Translations under genes and position numbers: made by a program
Part shown: positions 26,506-34,996 of the stretch, one piece after another
How the letters are laid out: each line of letters opens with the position of its first letter
How positions within the stretch are numbered: the first letter of the stretch is position 1
Notes under the pieces: model-generated
Databases searched by the model: none
The model's input: only the letters and a program-made list of their open reading frames with translations
Told to the model about the DNA's origin: nothing
Assembly: GCA_964503955.1 (NCBI GenBank)
Contig: CAZDCG010000002.1
Span: 205,047-269,046, forward strand
Source of the DNA: an uncultured Gammaproteobacteria bacterium
GTDB lineage: Bacteria; Patescibacteriota; Patescibacteriia; VMEV01; CAYQCH01
Length of the DNA stretch: 64,000 nucleotides
Reading direction: 5' to 3'

Positions 26506-27237
26506 ATGAATGATTTTTCTGATTTTGAACAAATAGAGAAGGCACCCAAATCAGGCAAGGGGGGTGAAACATATAAATGGGCCGCAATAGGGTTGCTGAT
26601 TCTGATGCTTGTGCTGGCATTATTCACCACCAAGTTCTGGCGCGAGCAGCAAAACCAAAAGCAACTCGTAACCCAATTGCAGGAATTGCTTGATGAATCT
26701 CAATCGGAGCTGCTGGATATGCTTGATGAACAGGCGGAACTGCGGGGCCGGCTCGCTGCTTTTGAAAATGAATTCGGTTCGATTGAGCCAATACTATTGA
26801 ACAATAAAATTGAACTTGCCATTGGGGAGCTTGGCCGGGATATGTCTATTTTCAAGCATCCGGAGGTTGAAACGCTCTACTTCTTCACGGATCTATCTGC
26901 GGAGGAGCCTGCTATCTGGTCCTATGATGTCCGTGATGATCAAACGTATCGAGATTCAGGGGAAATCGATATCGCCGCCGCGAAGAAAACCTTGCTTGAA
27001 CAGACATCCGGCAATTCCATTACGTTTGTGAAAATGGAAGGGAATCAGCTTCTTTTTCTGCAGGATACGGAATCCGTACAAAATGAGGAGTGTTATTCAA
27101 CGTGGCTCTCAGAAAATCTCTTTTCTATAAACATTGCCGGATCGTCTCAGCAAAAGGAGCGATACCAGGCTGATGCAGCATTATTGGAAAACGAAGAGAC
27201 ACGGGTAAGCGCCTGTCTTGAAGAACAAGGATTATGA
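26506..27237 (+). CDS. Single-pass membrane hypothetical protein with coiled coil
   Basis: TM WAAIGLLILMLVLALF followed by heptad-rich segment. Confidence 0.6.
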   Translation: MNDFSDFEQIEKAPKSGKGGETYKWAAIGLLILMLVLALFTTKFWREQQNQKQLVTQLQELLDESQSELLDMLDEQAELRGRLAAFENEFGSIEPILLNNKIELAIGELGRDMSIFKHPEVETLYFFTDLSAEEPAIWSYDVRDDQTYRDSGEIDIAAAKKTLLEQTSGNSITFVKMEGNQLLFLQDTESVQNEECYSTWLSENLFSINIAGSSQQKERYQADAALLENEETRVSACLEEQGL

Positions 27238-27647
27238 ACTACTGGTTAGTCAAATCAGAACCGGAAACCTATTCTTTTGATGATTTGAAACGAGATAAGC
27301 GCACGGTCTGGGACGGCGTGCGTAATTTCGCGGCCAGAAATAATTTGCGGGATATGAAAAAAGGAGATCTCGCCTTGTTTTATCATAGCGGGAAGGGGAA
27401 AGAGATTGTGGGTATTGCCAAAGTAACAAAAGAAGCATTCCCTGATCCAACCGCCGACGCTGCTGAACGCGAAACATGGTCTTCTGTTGAGCTAAGCTAT
27501 GTCAAAGCGCTTAAAACGCCGGTTACCTTGGCTGATGCGAAGAAAGATAAACAGCTTGCTTCCATGCAGCTAGTGACGCATTCTCGTTTATCGGTTCAAA
27601 AAGTGAAGCCCGCTGAATACGCCAAGATATTGAAAAAGAGCGAATGA
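27234..27647 (+). CDS. EVE domain protein
   Basis: YWLVKSEP, WDGVRNFAARN, FYHS, SRLSVQ. Confidence 0.93.
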   Translation: MNYWLVKSEPETYSFDDLKRDKRTVWDGVRNFAARNNLRDMKKGDLALFYHSGKGKEIVGIAKVTKEAFPDPTADAAERETWSSVELSYVKALKTPVTLADAKKDKQLASMQLVTHSRLSVQKVKPAEYAKILKKSE

Positions 27648-27726
27648 GAATTCAAATCACAGCCGATCAGCCAAGGTCGGCTTTTTTGAACCGGATTCAA
27701 CGGTAAACAAACATGAAAAACCCTCC

Positions 27727-27786
27727 TTGACAGAGGGGGGCTTGGTTCATATAATTTGATTAGCACTCAGTATGTTAGACTGCTAA
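27727..27786 (+). promoter_or_regulatory. Consensus sigma70 promoter and CIRCE operator of the hrcA operon
   Basis: TTGACA(27727)-17-TATAAT(27750); TTAGCACTC-N9-GACTGCTAA at 27760-86 (one mismatch). Confidence 0.92.
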
Positions 27787-27787
27787 T

Positions 27788-28471
27788 ATGACCGAGCGGC
27801 AAAGCCAGCTGCTAAAACAACTTATCGAATCCCATATCGCAACGGCAGAGCCGGTGGCTTCTTCATTGCTGGCGGAAAAGCAGAAAGTGAGTTCAGCAAC
27901 GGTCCGCAATGAAATGGCCGCGCTTGAAAAAGAAGGGTATATCCGGCAGCCGCATACATCCGCCGGCCGTATTCCGACGCTGAAAGGGTATCAGCACTAT
28001 TTGCAGCACTTTCTTGCTCCAAAAACGCCCTCACAGGGGCAGCAGGAAAGTCTGGCCAGGGCTGCGGAAGGGGGCGACCATGTGCGCTCCGTCGCAAAGG
28101 AGCTGGCTGAGCATGCTGATATCGCCGTATTGGTGGCATTTGCCAATAATGATTTCTACTATACCGGCTTGTCGAAATTATTTGCTCAGCCTGAATTCAT
28201 TCATTCTGAGACCATTATTGATATCTCGCTGGTGCTTGATGCATTGGACGACACGCTTGAGCAATTATACGGATCAGCCGGCGAAGAGGTGAATATTCTG
28301 ATTGGAAACGAGAATCCATTTTCTCCGCAATGCAGCCTGCTTATTACCAAAAGCCCGGTTCGTGAATTCGAAGGAGTCATGGCGCTGCTCGGTCCGGTCC
28401 GCATGAACTATAACCGCAATGCCGGGCTCCTCTCATTTACCAAAATGCTTTTAACAAAAAAACATGCTTAA
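27788..28471 (+). CDS. hrcA: Heat-inducible transcription repressor HrcA (short form)
   Basis: SSATVRNEMAALE..QPHTSAGRIPT, LGPVRMNY; CIRCE upstream. Confidence 0.95.
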   Translation: MTERQSQLLKQLIESHIATAEPVASSLLAEKQKVSSATVRNEMAALEKEGYIRQPHTSAGRIPTLKGYQHYLQHFLAPKTPSQGQQESLARAAEGGDHVRSVAKELAEHADIAVLVAFANNDFYYTGLSKLFAQPEFIHSETIIDISLVLDALDDTLEQLYGSAGEEVNILIGNENPFSPQCSLLITKSPVREFEGVMALLGPVRMNYNRNAGLLSFTKMLLTKKHA

Positions 28472-29042
28472 CAAATCACTGATTACCAAGCTGAAGAAAG
28501 ATTACCAATCGCACCAGGACATGCGCCATCAACTGATTCAGCAGTCCAATGCGGCATTGCGAAGCTCAAAACAGGCTATTTTCAGCCTGCATCGCGATGA
28601 TCTTTCTGCCGCCAAGCAGCTATTGGCCGATGTTGAGAGGACTTTTCTCGCTTTACAGAAAGGGTTGTTGAAAAAACATCCCCAGCTCAAGCAGCAGGGG
28701 GCGTATCTGGCGGCTCTGGAGGAATTCGTGGAAGCAAGCCTTTTATACCAGGTATTTACTGCGGGCAGCATAGGTCCGATCGCGAAAGTTGAAATCGGCG
28801 CGGACCAGTATATCGGCGGGCTTTGCGATCTGACCGGGGAACTGACCAGGCAGGCCGTGCTCAAAGCAACGGAGCAGGATTATGAAACGGTGGAACAATA
28901 TTACAGTCTGGTTGAGGAGACAGTTGGCGCACTGCTGCAGTTTGACTTGGTTAGCCATCTCCGTCAGAAATATGACGACGCAAAGCGCAATCTGAAGAGA
29001 CTTGAGGGGATTCGATATGACATATCGTTGAGACAAGGTTAA
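28464..29042 (+). CDS. Translin/TRAX-family protein (putative RNase)
   Basis: SKQAIFSLHR, EEFVEA, YIGGLCDLTGELTR, LRQKYD. Confidence 0.85.
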   Translation: MLNKSLITKLKKDYQSHQDMRHQLIQQSNAALRSSKQAIFSLHRDDLSAAKQLLADVERTFLALQKGLLKKHPQLKQQGAYLAALEEFVEASLLYQVFTAGSIGPIAKVEIGADQYIGGLCDLTGELTRQAVLKATEQDYETVEQYYSLVEETVGALLQFDLVSHLRQKYDDAKRNLKRLEGIRYDISLRQG

Positions 29043-29090
29043 GGAGTTAATGTGTTCATGGGTTAACGCGTTAGCCCGTTAACAGAAGCT

Positions 29091-29561
29091 ATGGAAGAAG
29101 AAATCAAGCAAGAAGAATCAAAAGAGCCTGAGCATGAGCATCATATCGACTACAAAGATGCCTGGCTGCGCGTGCAGGCGGACTATCAGAACCTCCTCAA
29201 AGAAACAGCCAAGAAGCAGGCAGATTACGCACGTTACGCCAATGAAGAGCTGCTCAAAGATCTGCTGCCTGTCGCGGAACACTTTTCACAGGGACTGAAG
29301 TATATACCTGCGGAGCATCATAAGACTGACTGGATGATCGGCTTCTTGCAGATCAAGAAGATGCTCGATGAGTTTCTCCAAAAGCAGGGAGTTGAACGAA
29401 TCCAGACAGTTGGAGAGATGTTCAACCCTGAGATTCATGAAGCGGTTGCAAACCGGAAAGAAGAGGGGAAAGAATCCGGAACCATTCTTGAAGAAGTATC
29501 AGGCGGCTACAAGCTCAATGGCAAGATTGTTCTGACACCCAAAGTGATTGTTGCAGAATAA
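29091..29561 (+). CDS. grpE: Nucleotide exchange factor GrpE
   Basis: RVQADYQN, LLPV, FNPEIHEAV, GYKLNGK. Confidence 0.93.
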   Translation: MEEEIKQEESKEPEHEHHIDYKDAWLRVQADYQNLLKETAKKQADYARYANEELLKDLLPVAEHFSQGLKYIPAEHHKTDWMIGFLQIKKMLDEFLQKQGVERIQTVGEMFNPEIHEAVANRKEEGKESGTILEEVSGGYKLNGKIVLTPKVIVAE

Positions 29562-29660
29562 CTCGTTAGCCCGTTAACGCGTTAACATAAAAATACATTC
29601 TTATCTTTAACTTGGAGCGTCGCAGGCATTTCGCATGCGGCCCTCCAGCCACAAACCCAT

Positions 29661-30104
29661 ATGTCAATCATCAAATGGACACCAATGTTTCCCTGGGGAG
29701 ATGACTTCGACAAGATGTTTGAAGACATGCTTCCCTCAAGAATGTCAGATGGCATGAAGGGCTTCATGCCGGCCGTTGACGTTTACGAAACCAAAAAAGA
29801 CGTTATGGTTGAAATGTCTGTCGCGCATATTGATCCGGAAAAAGTGGATATCTCTATCAAGAACAATGTTCTGCACGTGAAAGGCTCAACAGAAAAGAGA
29901 TCGGAGGTAGAAGATAAAAACTATTTCCGAAGAGAAATCCGATCAGGAAGTTTTTACCGCACGATCCCGCTTCCAACCGAGGTAATCCCGGAAAAGACAA
30001 CCGCGATCCACGAAGATGGCGTGCTCCGCATCGCCATGCCGAAAGCAAAGAAGAATGTAGGAACGGAAATCAAGGTGCAGGTGAAAAAGGGGAAGAAGAA
30101 ATAG
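29661..30104 (+). CDS. Hsp20/alpha-crystallin small heat shock protein
   Basis: PAVDVYET, EIRSGSFYRTIPLP, DGVLRIAMPK. Confidence 0.93.
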   Translation: MSIIKWTPMFPWGDDFDKMFEDMLPSRMSDGMKGFMPAVDVYETKKDVMVEMSVAHIDPEKVDISIKNNVLHVKGSTEKRSEVEDKNYFRREIRSGSFYRTIPLPTEVIPEKTTAIHEDGVLRIAMPKAKKNVGTEIKVQVKKGKKK

Positions 30105-30275
30105 CTGCATGTTTGATGCGCTCTCACTCATGAAGCATGGGGGAGAGGCATCGAGGATGCAATCCTCAGACATAACAGACGCACAGACTTAATAGACTCA
30201 CAAATAAAAAGCATTGGCGTGAGTGAGGGGCTGGTGTCTGATACTTCTATCGTTAACACTGTAAAGCAAGTCTCT

Positions 30276-32171
30276 ATGCCAAAGATCCTCGGAATCGATT
30301 TGGGTACCACCAATAGCGCGATGGCTGTCATTGAAGGAGGTCAGCCCAAAATCATCGAAAATAAAGAAGGAAATCGAACCATGCCTTCCATGGTTGCTTT
30401 ATCAAAAAGCAAAGAGCGCCTGGTTGGCCTTCAAGCAAAACGCCAGGCGGTGACCAATCCGCAGAATACGATTTATTCAGTAAAGCGCCTGATCGGCCGC
30501 CGCTGGGATGACGCGGAGGTGCAGCGGGATGTGAAGCTCTTTCCATTCGGCATCAAACAGGCCGGAGAAGGCGTGAAGGTGCAGCTGGGAGATAAGGACT
30601 ATACGCCGCAGGAAATCTCAGCCATGGTCCTGCAAAAGCTGAAAGCTGACGCAGAAGAACGCCTTGGAGAAAAGATCACCGAAGCGGTGATCACTGTTCC
30701 GGCATATTTTGACGATTCTCAGCGCCAGGCAACAAAAGACGCGGGGAAAATCGCAGGGCTTGAAGTGAAGCGTATCATCAATGAGCCAACTGCCGCAGCG
30801 CTGGCTTATGGATTCAATAAGAAAAAGGGGGAAAAGATCGCTGTTTACGACCTTGGTGGCGGTACGTTTGATGTTTCCGTACTCGAAGTGTCTGAAGATA
30901 CGGTAGAAGTAAAGGCGACCAATGGCGATACGCATCTTGGCGGCGACGACTTTGACCAGCGCATCATCCAGTGGATGCTTGATGAATTCAAAAAGGATCA
31001 GGGCATTGATCTCAGCCAGGACCAGCTTGCTTTGCAGCGCCTCAAGGAAGCTGCTGAAAAGGCAAAGCATGAGCTTTCTAGCACGGCGGAAACCGAAGTA
31101 AATCAGCCGTTTATCACTTCCGACGCGTCCGGACCAAAGCATTTGATTCTAACCTTGACTCGATCCAAGCTTGAAGAGCTTGTCATGGATTTGGCTGAAC
31201 GTACGCTTGAGCCATGCCGCAAAGCATTGGCTGATGCCGGGATGAAAACATCCGATATCGACGAGATCATCATGGTCGGAGGTATGACCCGCATGCCGTT
31301 GATTCAGAAGAAAGTAGAAGAATTCTTCGGGAAAAAACCGAATCTGAGCATTAATCCTGACGAAGTCGTTGCGCTTGGAGCCGCTGTTCAGGCGGGTGTT
31401 TTACAGGGAGACGTAAAAGACATTCTCTTGCTTGACGTAACCCCGCTTTCATTGGGAATCGAAACCATGGGCGGAGTGATGACGCGCCTGATCGACCGCA
31501 ATACCACCATTCCAACTTCAAAGGAACAAACCTTCTCTACGGCGGCCGACAATCAGCCATCCGTGGAAATCCATGTCCTGCAGGGAGAACGCGAAATGGC
31601 CTCAGACAACAAAACGCTCGGCCGCTTTACGCTTAGCGGTATTCCGCCGGCTCCTCGCGGCGTTCCGCAGATTCTTGTAAAGTTTGATATCGACGCGAAC
31701 GGCATTCTTAATGTCAGCGCGAAGGATCAGGCCTCCGGCAAAGAGCAGTCAATCACCATCCAGGCATCTACTTCACTATCTAAAGACGAAGTTGAACGCA
31801 TGACCAAGGAAGCCGAGGCGCATGCGGACGAAGACAAGAAGAAGCGTGAATTGATTGAAACCCGAAATCTGGCTGATACCATGGTTTATACCACCGAAAA
31901 GATGATTGCTGACAATAAAGACAAGATCCAGGAGGCGCAACAGAAGGAATTGGAAGAGTTGATCGCCAAAGTAAAGGAAGTGAAAGACGGCGACGATATT
32001 GAGGCGATCAAATCAGCCGGCGACGCACTTTCAAAGAAGGCGCAGGAAATCGGCGCCGGTCTGTATCAGCAGCAATCCCAATCCGACCAGAATACGGGCG
32101 AACAAAAAAATGATTCAGGGCCAAAAGAGGCGGAATTCGAAGACGTGAAACCTGAAGAGGAGTCAAAGTAA
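30276..32171 (+). CDS. dnaK: Chaperone DnaK
   Basis: [29 protein letters not shown]. Confidence 0.98.
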   Translation: MPKILGIDLGTTNSAMAVIEGGQPKIIENKEGNRTMPSMVALSKSKERLVGLQAKRQAVTNPQNTIYSVKRLIGRRWDDAEVQRDVKLFPFGIKQAGEGVKVQLGDKDYTPQEISAMVLQKLKADAEERLGEKITEAVITVPAYFDDSQRQATKDAGKIAGLEVKRIINEPTAAALAYGFNKKKGEKIAVYDLGGGTFDVSVLEVSEDTVEVKATNGDTHLGGDDFDQRIIQWMLDEFKKDQGIDLSQDQLALQRLKEAAEKAKHELSSTAETEVNQPFITSDASGPKHLILTLTRSKLEELVMDLAERTLEPCRKALADAGMKTSDIDEIIMVGGMTRMPLIQKKVEEFFGKKPNLSINPDEVVALGAAVQAGVLQGDVKDILLLDVTPLSLGIETMGGVMTRLIDRNTTIPTSKEQTFSTAADNQPSVEIHVLQGEREMASDNKTLGRFTLSGIPPAPRGVPQILVKFDIDANGILNVSAKDQASGKEQSITIQASTSLSKDEVERMTKEAEAHADEDKKKRELIETRNLADTMVYTTEKMIADNKDKIQEAQQKELEELIAKVKEVKDGDDIEAIKSAGDALSKKAQEIGAGLYQQQSQSDQNTGEQKNDSGPKEAEFEDVKPEEESK

Positions 32172-32178
32172 CATTGAC

Positions 32179-32262
32179 GAGACTCACAGACACACAGACG
32201 AGATAGACTTACAGACAGTTTTTGTCTGTGTGTCTGAAAAGTCTGAGAAGCCTGTGAGTCTC
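32179..32262. repeat. CAGAC/GTCTG 8-9-nt-period repeat hairpin
   Basis: GAGACTCACAG(32179-89) pairs with CTGTGAGTCTC(32252-62); internal CAGAC and GTCTG repeats. Confidence 0.75.
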
Positions 32263-32272
32263 CATGCGCAGC

Positions 32273-33379
32273 ATGGGCAAAGACTATTATAAAATCCTCG
32301 GTATCGATAAGAATGCTTCACAGGAAGACGTGAAGAAGGCTTTTCGCAAGCTTGCGCACAAATATCATCCCGACAAGAAGGATACCGGGGACGAAGCCAA
32401 GTTCAAAGAAATCAACGAGGCGTACCAGATCCTTGGCGATGAACAAAAGCGCCGCCAGTACGACCAATTCGGCAGCGCGGCCTTTGGCAATGGAGGTACG
32501 GGCGGATTCAACTGGCAGGACTTCGCGCGCCAGGGAGCTGGATTTGGCGGGCAGGGCATGCATTTTGATTTCGGCGATTTTGATCTTGGCGACTTGTTCG
32601 GCCAGGCATTTGGTTTTGGAGGCGGCCGTTCAAGGCGCGCGTCTACCGGTCCGCAGCGGGGAGCTGATATCCGTGCGGCGATCCGGATAACATTTGAGGA
32701 GGCCGTACATGGAGTGCAGAAAGAACTCTCTTTAGAGCGTACGGTGACCTGCGATCATTGTCAGGGAAATGGCGCTGAGCCGGGAACAAAAATCAATGTA
32801 TGTGAAGACTGCGGGGGAACAGGCAGGCGCGTACATGCGCAAAATACGCCGTTTGGCACGTTTCAAACCCAGTCGGTTTGTCCAAGCTGCCGAGGACAGG
32901 GGAAAATACCTGAATCAATCTGCAGCAAATGCCAGGGGAGAGGCGTTTACAGCAAGCATCAAACCCTGAATATCAGGATTCCTGCGGGAATTGATTCAGG
33001 AGAAACCCTGCGCATTTCAGGCGAAGGAGAAGCAGGGCTTCGAGGAGGACCGGCCGGCGATTTATATGTGGAGATCCGCGTTCAGGAAAGCAAGTTATTT
33101 GATCGCGAGGGGTACGACATTATCTCAAAGCTGATCGTTAATATAAGCACGGCCGCATTAGGCGGGAAAATGGAAGTACAGACGATTGATGGTCCTGTAT
33201 CGTTGAAAATACCAGCTGGAACACAAAGCGGAACGGTGCTTAAGCTTAAAGGCAAGGGAATTGAAAAATTGCATGGCCGCGGACAAGGCGACCACCTTGT
33301 TGAAGTGATCGTTAAGACACCGGAAAACCTGTCGCGCAAGGCAAGAAAGCTGCTTGAGGAATTGGATAGCGAAATCTGA
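32273..33379 (+). CDS. dnaJ: Chaperone DnaJ
   Basis: J domain with HPD, G/F region, four CxxCxGxG. Confidence 0.98.
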   Translation: MGKDYYKILGIDKNASQEDVKKAFRKLAHKYHPDKKDTGDEAKFKEINEAYQILGDEQKRRQYDQFGSAAFGNGGTGGFNWQDFARQGAGFGGQGMHFDFGDFDLGDLFGQAFGFGGGRSRRASTGPQRGADIRAAIRITFEEAVHGVQKELSLERTVTCDHCQGNGAEPGTKINVCEDCGGTGRRVHAQNTPFGTFQTQSVCPSCRGQGKIPESICSKCQGRGVYSKHQTLNIRIPAGIDSGETLRISGEGEAGLRGGPAGDLYVEIRVQESKLFDREGYDIISKLIVNISTAALGGKMEVQTIDGPVSLKIPAGTQSGTVLKLKGKGIEKLHGRGQGDHLVEVIVKTPENLSRKARKLLEELDSEI

Positions 33380-33726
33380 TAACAGGCTTGAAGAGATTAA
33401 GCAGACCTGCCAGACGTCAAACTGGCGGTTCTATCTTTTTGCCTGGTTGATCCAGCCAGTCTCGTTCGTCTAATGATACACATGGAAAACACCGTTGTAC
33501 TACCTTTTGTGGGGTTTTCCTTTATGCCAGTCAGAGCAGATGGCAAATCCATTTCACACTTCGCCACCTTCTTGAAAGTCAAACAACGTCCCAAAAAGTC
33601 CATTGCGGCGTTAAAAAAGGAAAATCGCGTGAAGAACTTGCGAAAATTTCCGGTAGAGAAGATTCTCGGCAAACTCGTCCACAGAAAAGCGTCCGAGGTG
33701 TGATATGCTTTATCAATGGACTTCCT

Positions 33727-34149
33727 ATGGAACAAACAAGAAAACCGGTACCTAAAGCTCTTCGCACGTGGTTTCTTATCCACTTTCTCGTGGATTATGC
33801 TTTTGCGATTCCCTTATTTCTCTCGCCTCGAAAGTATATGGATTTCATGCACTGGCCGATTATCGATCCGGTCACAGGGCGGCTGGTTGCTTCTGCTTTA
33901 TTCGCGATCGGCGGCATCTCGCTGCTTGCGCGTAATGCCTCCACGGAGGTCTATAAAGCTCTCTTAAAGATGAAAGTAATCTGGTCAGCCGGCGGGATCA
34001 TTTCACTTATTATCGGTTCGTTCAATATCTTACTTTGGAGCGAGGTTTTGCTGGGTTCGATTTTCTTTGTATTCCTCGCGGTTTGGGTTTATTATCTGGA
34101 TCTGTTGTCAAAAAAACCTGTTGAGAAAATCGAGGAAGAAATCTGGTGA
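33727..34149 (+). CDS. Four-TM membrane protein
   Basis: Hydrophobic helices; LRTWFLIHF, RLVASALFAIGG. Confidence 0.7.
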   Translation: MEQTRKPVPKALRTWFLIHFLVDYAFAIPLFLSPRKYMDFMHWPIIDPVTGRLVASALFAIGGISLLARNASTEVYKALLKMKVIWSAGGIISLIIGSFNILLWSEVLLGSIFFVFLAVWVYYLDLLSKKPVEKIEEEIW

Positions 34150-34219
34150 AGATGCTTATCGCGGTGCCAGGCAGAAATGCCTGGTTTTTTTGTATGAAAA
34201 CCGGAGGTGATTTGCATGT

Positions 34220-34996
34220 ATGCGGCCGATGTGGACGGGAGCACTCAGCTTTGGACTGATCAATATCCCGGTGAAGTTGTACAGCGCAGCCAGGGAACAA
34301 TCCATAAAGCTGCGAATGCTTGAAAAAGGGACGCTCTGTCCTATCGGGTATGTGCGCGTATGCAAAGAAACAGGCAAAGAGGTTCCTTATGAAAAGATCG
34401 TCAAAGGATATGAATTTGAAAAAGGCGATTTCGTTGTTTTGGAGGATGAAGATTTCGAGCGGGCGAACGTAGAAAAGACCAAAACCATTGATATTGTCGA
34501 ATTCGTGGATGAAAAGGAGATTGGCACTGAATACTACGACAAACCTTATTATCTGGAACCGGAGAAACGAGCTCAGAAGGCCTATGCCTTGCTTTGCGAA
34601 TCGCTAAAGCGGTCAAAAAAGGTCGGCATCGCAAGAATGGTCCTTCGCACCAAGGAGCATATTGCGGAGCTGAAGCCGCATGGCAATATGCTGATGCTGC
34701 ATCAGTTGCGATTTCAGAACGAGATCAGGCCTGCTGAGGATTTGTCTATCCCCGAAAATCAAACGTATTCGAAAGCGGAGATCAATATGGCGTTGATGCT
34801 TATTGAACAGCTTACGTCGCATTTCAAGCCGGGTGACTTCAGTGACACATATACACAAGAGCTTTTCCGCGTGATCGGCGAAAAGAAAAAAGGGAAGAAA
34901 CCGAAAAAGAAAGGAAAAGAGCCCGAATATACGCGAATGCAGGATATCATGGAGGCGCTGAAGAAAAGCCTTGAGAAAGAGCGGATCCGCGGATGA
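34220..34996 (+). CDS. ku: NHEJ DNA end-binding protein Ku
   Basis: MRPMWTGALSFGLINIPVKLY, IVKGYE, YYDKPYYLEP, DIMEALKKSL. Confidence 0.95.
   Translation: MRPMWTGALSFGLINIPVKLYSAAREQSIKLRMLEKGTLCPIGYVRVCKETGKEVPYEKIVKGYEFEKGDFVVLEDEDFERANVEKTKTIDIVEFVDEKEIGTEYYDKPYYLEPEKRAQKAYALLCESLKRSKKVGIARMVLRTKEHIAELKPHGNMLMLHQLRFQNEIRPAEDLSIPENQTYSKAEINMALMLIEQLTSHFKPGDFSDTYTQELFRVIGEKKKGKKPKKKGKEPEYTRMQDIMEALKKSLEKERIRG

Noticed and set aside
27234-27647. EVE protein as a modification-dependent restriction component
   Set aside because: Stand-alone, outside the island and with no nuclease partner.
33473-33703. 76-aa ORF after dnaJ
   Set aside because: No recognisable motif or start signal; it cannot be supported, though a small basic protein is not excluded.
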